From NCBI GenBank assembly GCA_036703355.1, contig DATNPE010000423.1, positions 1-40,369 on the forward strand: a stretch of 40,369 nt of DNA. The letters run 5' to 3'. This stretch comes from Allocoleopsis sp. (GTDB lineage Bacteria; Cyanobacteriota; Cyanobacteriia; FACHB-46). Within the stretch, counting starts at the first letter, position 1. Each line of letters opens with the position of its first letter. Positions 37,961-40,369 of the stretch are shown piece after piece. The translations under genes were made by a program, and so were the position numbers. The notes under the pieces were generated by a model. It saw nothing but the letters and a program-made list of their open reading frames with translations. It had not been told where the DNA came from and did no database searches.

Positions 37961-39041
37961 CGATGAACAGCCGTTTCGTGAGGCAGTTTTAGAGCTTTTG
38001 GAGATAGAAGGTTTCCAGGCGATCGGGGCAGAGAACGGGCAAATGGGAGTGCAACTGGCTCAAGAATGTTTGCCTGATTTGGTACTGTGCGATGTTCAAA
38101 TGCCTGACATTGATGGGTATAGCGTCTTGCGATCGCTCCGCCAAGACAGTCGTACCGCCACCCTTCCTTTCATTTTCTTAACGGCAAAAGGAGATACGCG
38201 CGATGTCCGTCAAGGGATGGATTTGGGAGCCGATGATTACTTAACGAAGCCTTGTACAGCCACGCAACTCCTCAATGCGATCGCCAGTCGCCTCAATAAA
38301 CACAATGTCCTGCATCAACAAACCCAAACTCAATTAGAAAGTCTCCGCTCTAATATCACGTTGGCGTTGCCCCACGAACTGCATACGCCTCTCAATGGCA
38401 TTTTGGGGTTGTCGCAGTTTCTAATGGATGAATATCAGGTGATCGAGCGAGAAGAGATTTTAGAAATCTCCAAAGATATTTATCTCTCTGCTGAACGGTT
38501 GTATCAACTGACCCAAAAGTTTTTGCTGTATGCCGAACTAGAACTCATTGCCAGCAATCCCACCCGGATCAAGGAATTGCAAACAGAGGGGATGAGTGGT
38601 GCGCGAACCGCGATCGCCAGTGCAGCGATGCAGGTAGTGGAGCGGCTGGGACGACAAGCTGACCTCCAGCTAGAACTAGAAGATTTCTCGGTGCCAATGG
38701 CCGAGTTCAGATTGCAAAAAATTGTCGAAGAGTTGGTAGACAACGCTTGTAAGTTTTCGTCTGCTGGTACTCCGATTTGCCTGAGCACGACCCAGGCTCA
38801 GCAGAAATTTGTCTTGAGTGTGAGCGATCGCGGTCGTGGCATTCCACCAGAAGCGATCGCTAACCTGGGCGGCTATATGCAGTTTGAGCGCAGGATCTAC
38901 GAGCAGCAAGGCGCAGGTTTGGGTTTAGCGATCGCCAAACGGTTGGTTGAGTTACACCAAGGCGAACTGGCGATCGAGAGTATTCTGGGTCAACAAACCA
39001 CTGTGCGAGTCGTTTTACCGTTAGAACAGATCAACCCCTGA
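37938..39041 (+). CDS. Hybrid response regulator-histidine kinase (REC-HisKA-HATPase)
   Basis: VIDDE, LCDVQMP, FLTA and TKP; PHELHTPL, DNACKF, DRGRG and GAGLGL. Confidence 0.93.
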   Translation: MQKILVIDDEQPFREAVLELLEIEGFQAIGAENGQMGVQLAQECLPDLVLCDVQMPDIDGYSVLRSLRQDSRTATLPFIFLTAKGDTRDVRQGMDLGADDYLTKPCTATQLLNAIASRLNKHNVLHQQTQTQLESLRSNITLALPHELHTPLNGILGLSQFLMDEYQVIEREEILEISKDIYLSAERLYQLTQKFLLYAELELIASNPTRIKELQTEGMSGARTAIASAAMQVVERLGRQADLQLELEDFSVPMAEFRLQKIVEELVDNACKFSSAGTPICLSTTQAQQKFVLSVSDRGRGIPPEAIANLGGYMQFERRIYEQQGAGLGLAIAKRLVELHQGELAIESILGQQTTVRVVLPLEQINP

Positions 39042-40369
39042 GAGTTGTTGGCTAGTCTGGACGCGTGCGGCTTCTCCACAGGTCCGAGGAGTTGGAAAGA
39101 TTTTGTCTGGATTGGCGATGCGCTGCGGATCAAACACTTCCCGCACCCATTGCATGGTTTCTAGATCGGTAGGAGTAAACATACTCGGCATATAGCAGCG
39201 CTTGTCGGCTCCAATGCCATGCTCCCCAGAAATGCTGCCTCCTACTTCCACGCAGAGCTTGAGGATATCACCACCTAATTCTTCGACCCGCTCCAATTCG
39301 CCCGGAATCGAGTTGTCGTAAAGAATTAAAGGATGCAAATTCCCATCGCCTGCATGAAACACATTGGCAACTTTGTAGCCATGTTTTTGTCCTAAATTTT
39401 CGATCGCTTGCAGCACAAAGGGGAGTTTGGTCCGGGGAATTACACCATCTTGGACATAGTAGTCTGGGCTGAGTTTGCCAGCAGCGGCAAAGGCGGCTTT
39501 ACGGCCTTTCCACAATTTCAGGCGTTGCTCTGGATCAGTGGCGATCGCAACACTGCGGGCACCGTTTTGCCGACAGATCGCTTCTACTTGTTGGCTACTC
39601 GCTGCCGCTTCTACTTCTAAGCCATCCACTTCCACTAAAAGCACAGCCGCAGCATCGCGAGGGTAGCAACCCGTCGCCACCACATCCTCAACGGCATTGA
39701 TGCTGAGGTTGTCCATGATCTCCATGCCACCGGGGATAATGCCAGCACTGATGATGTCGGAAACGGCGGCACCCGCTGCTTCTACATTGGTAAAGTCTGC
39801 CAGCAACACCTGCACCGCTTCCGGTTGTTTCAAAATTCTCAGCGTGATTTCTGTGGCAATGCCTAAGGTGCCTTCAGATCCTACAAACAGCCCTGTTAAG
39901 TCGTAGCCTGGGGTTTCGGCTACTTCTCCCCCAACGTCTACAATCGAGCCATCGGGCAGGACAAGCTTGAGACCGAGGACATGATTGGTGGTGACGCCAT
40001 ATTTTAGGCAATGCACACCACCAGAATTTTCGGCTACATTACCTCCGACCGAGCAGACAATTTGGCTGGAAGGGTCAGGAGCGTAGTAGAAGCCTGCACC
40101 GCTAACCGCTTGTGTCACCCAACTGTTAATCACTCCAGGCTGCACCACAATGCGCTGATTGGCTAGGTCTACTCGTAAGATTTTTCGCATCAGAGCGGTG
40201 ACGATGAGGACACAGTTCTCTGTGGGTAAAGCCCCACCAGATAAACCCGTGCCTGCGCCTCTGGTGACAAATGGTAACTGCTGGCGATCGCAAATCTTGA
40301 CGACCGCTGCGGCTTCTTCGGTGGTGCGCGGTAGAACCACTACGGCTGGTCGCTGTCGGTAACTGGTCA
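39021..40369 (-). CDS. glcD: Glycolate dehydrogenase subunit D (5' end outside window)
   Basis: RGAGTGLSGG, PDPSS, HCLKYGVT, GSEGTLG, FHAGDGNLHP and GEHGIG; frame is open to the window end. Confidence 0.94.
   Translation of the reverse strand, partial: TSYRQRPAVVVLPRTTEEAAAVVKICDRQQLPFVTRGAGTGLSGGALPTENCVLIVTALMRKILRVDLANQRIVVQPGVINSWVTQAVSGAGFYYAPDPSSQIVCSVGGNVAENSGGVHCLKYGVTTNHVLGLKLVLPDGSIVDVGGEVAETPGYDLTGLFVGSEGTLGIATEITLRILKQPEAVQVLLADFTNVEAAGAAVSDIISAGIIPGGMEIMDNLSINAVEDVVATGCYPRDAAAVLLVEVDGLEVEAAASSQQVEAICRQNGARSVAIATDPEQRLKLWKGRKAAFAAAGKLSPDYYVQDGVIPRTKLPFVLQAIENLGQKHGYKVANVFHAGDGNLHPLILYDNSIPGELERVEELGGDILKLCVEVGGSISGEHGIGADKRCYMPSMFTPTDLETMQWVREVFDPQRIANPDKIFPTPRTCGEAARVQTSQQLSGVDLF

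Larger units (their letters stand above)
340..40291. repeat. HIP1 (GCGATCGC) dispersed palindromes
   Basis: Roughly 75-80 copies by eye (e.g. 340, 1911, 9050, 13785, overlapping pair 30618/30624, 40284), versus less than 1 expected by chance. Confidence 0.95.

Noticed and set aside
34264-39041. Kinase cassette as a recent mobile element
   Set aside because: No transposase, integrase or terminal repeats seen; HIP1 density is similar to the flanks, although part of it looks more AT-rich.
1-40369. tRNA, rRNA, 6S RNA, tmRNA or known riboswitches
   Set aside because: No cloverleaf T-loop/D-loop signatures or family consensus recognised by eye; an Rfam scan would be needed to exclude them formally.

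Overview
Cyanobacterial chromosomal window. HIP1 (GCGATCGC) is very dense, and pipX/pipY, gap2, a CYP38/TLP40-like cyclophilin and a Ycf29-like regulator are present. Heptamer repeats suggest a filamentous strain. Most of it is core housekeeping: efp-accB, thiL, gap2, nadD, murC-murB-ybaB, purC, omp85-lpxC-fabZ-lpxA-lpxB, and der-ecfT-(pabB/trpE-like)-acpS-pipX-pipY-sepF-proC. It also carries glycolate dehydrogenase glcD/E/F. I found no tRNA, rRNA, CRISPR array, prophage or transposase. Best leads: (i) three histidine kinases with no output domain sit in opposite orientation between glcD and glcE-glcF; (ii) an AcpS-type PPTase, unusual for cyanobacteria, lies inside the der-pipX cluster; (iii) a Cys-reduced Csp-like four-helix bundle gene lies beside DUF3105-like and DUF981-like genes, with an inverted repeat at its start; (iv) a GTAAAAGTCC-N6-GGGACAG motif is duplicated upstream of ybaB; (v) probable Yfr1 sRNA target sites precede murC and omp85; (vi) several intergenic regions are strongly structured. 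All family calls are by-eye motif recognition; no database searches were run.
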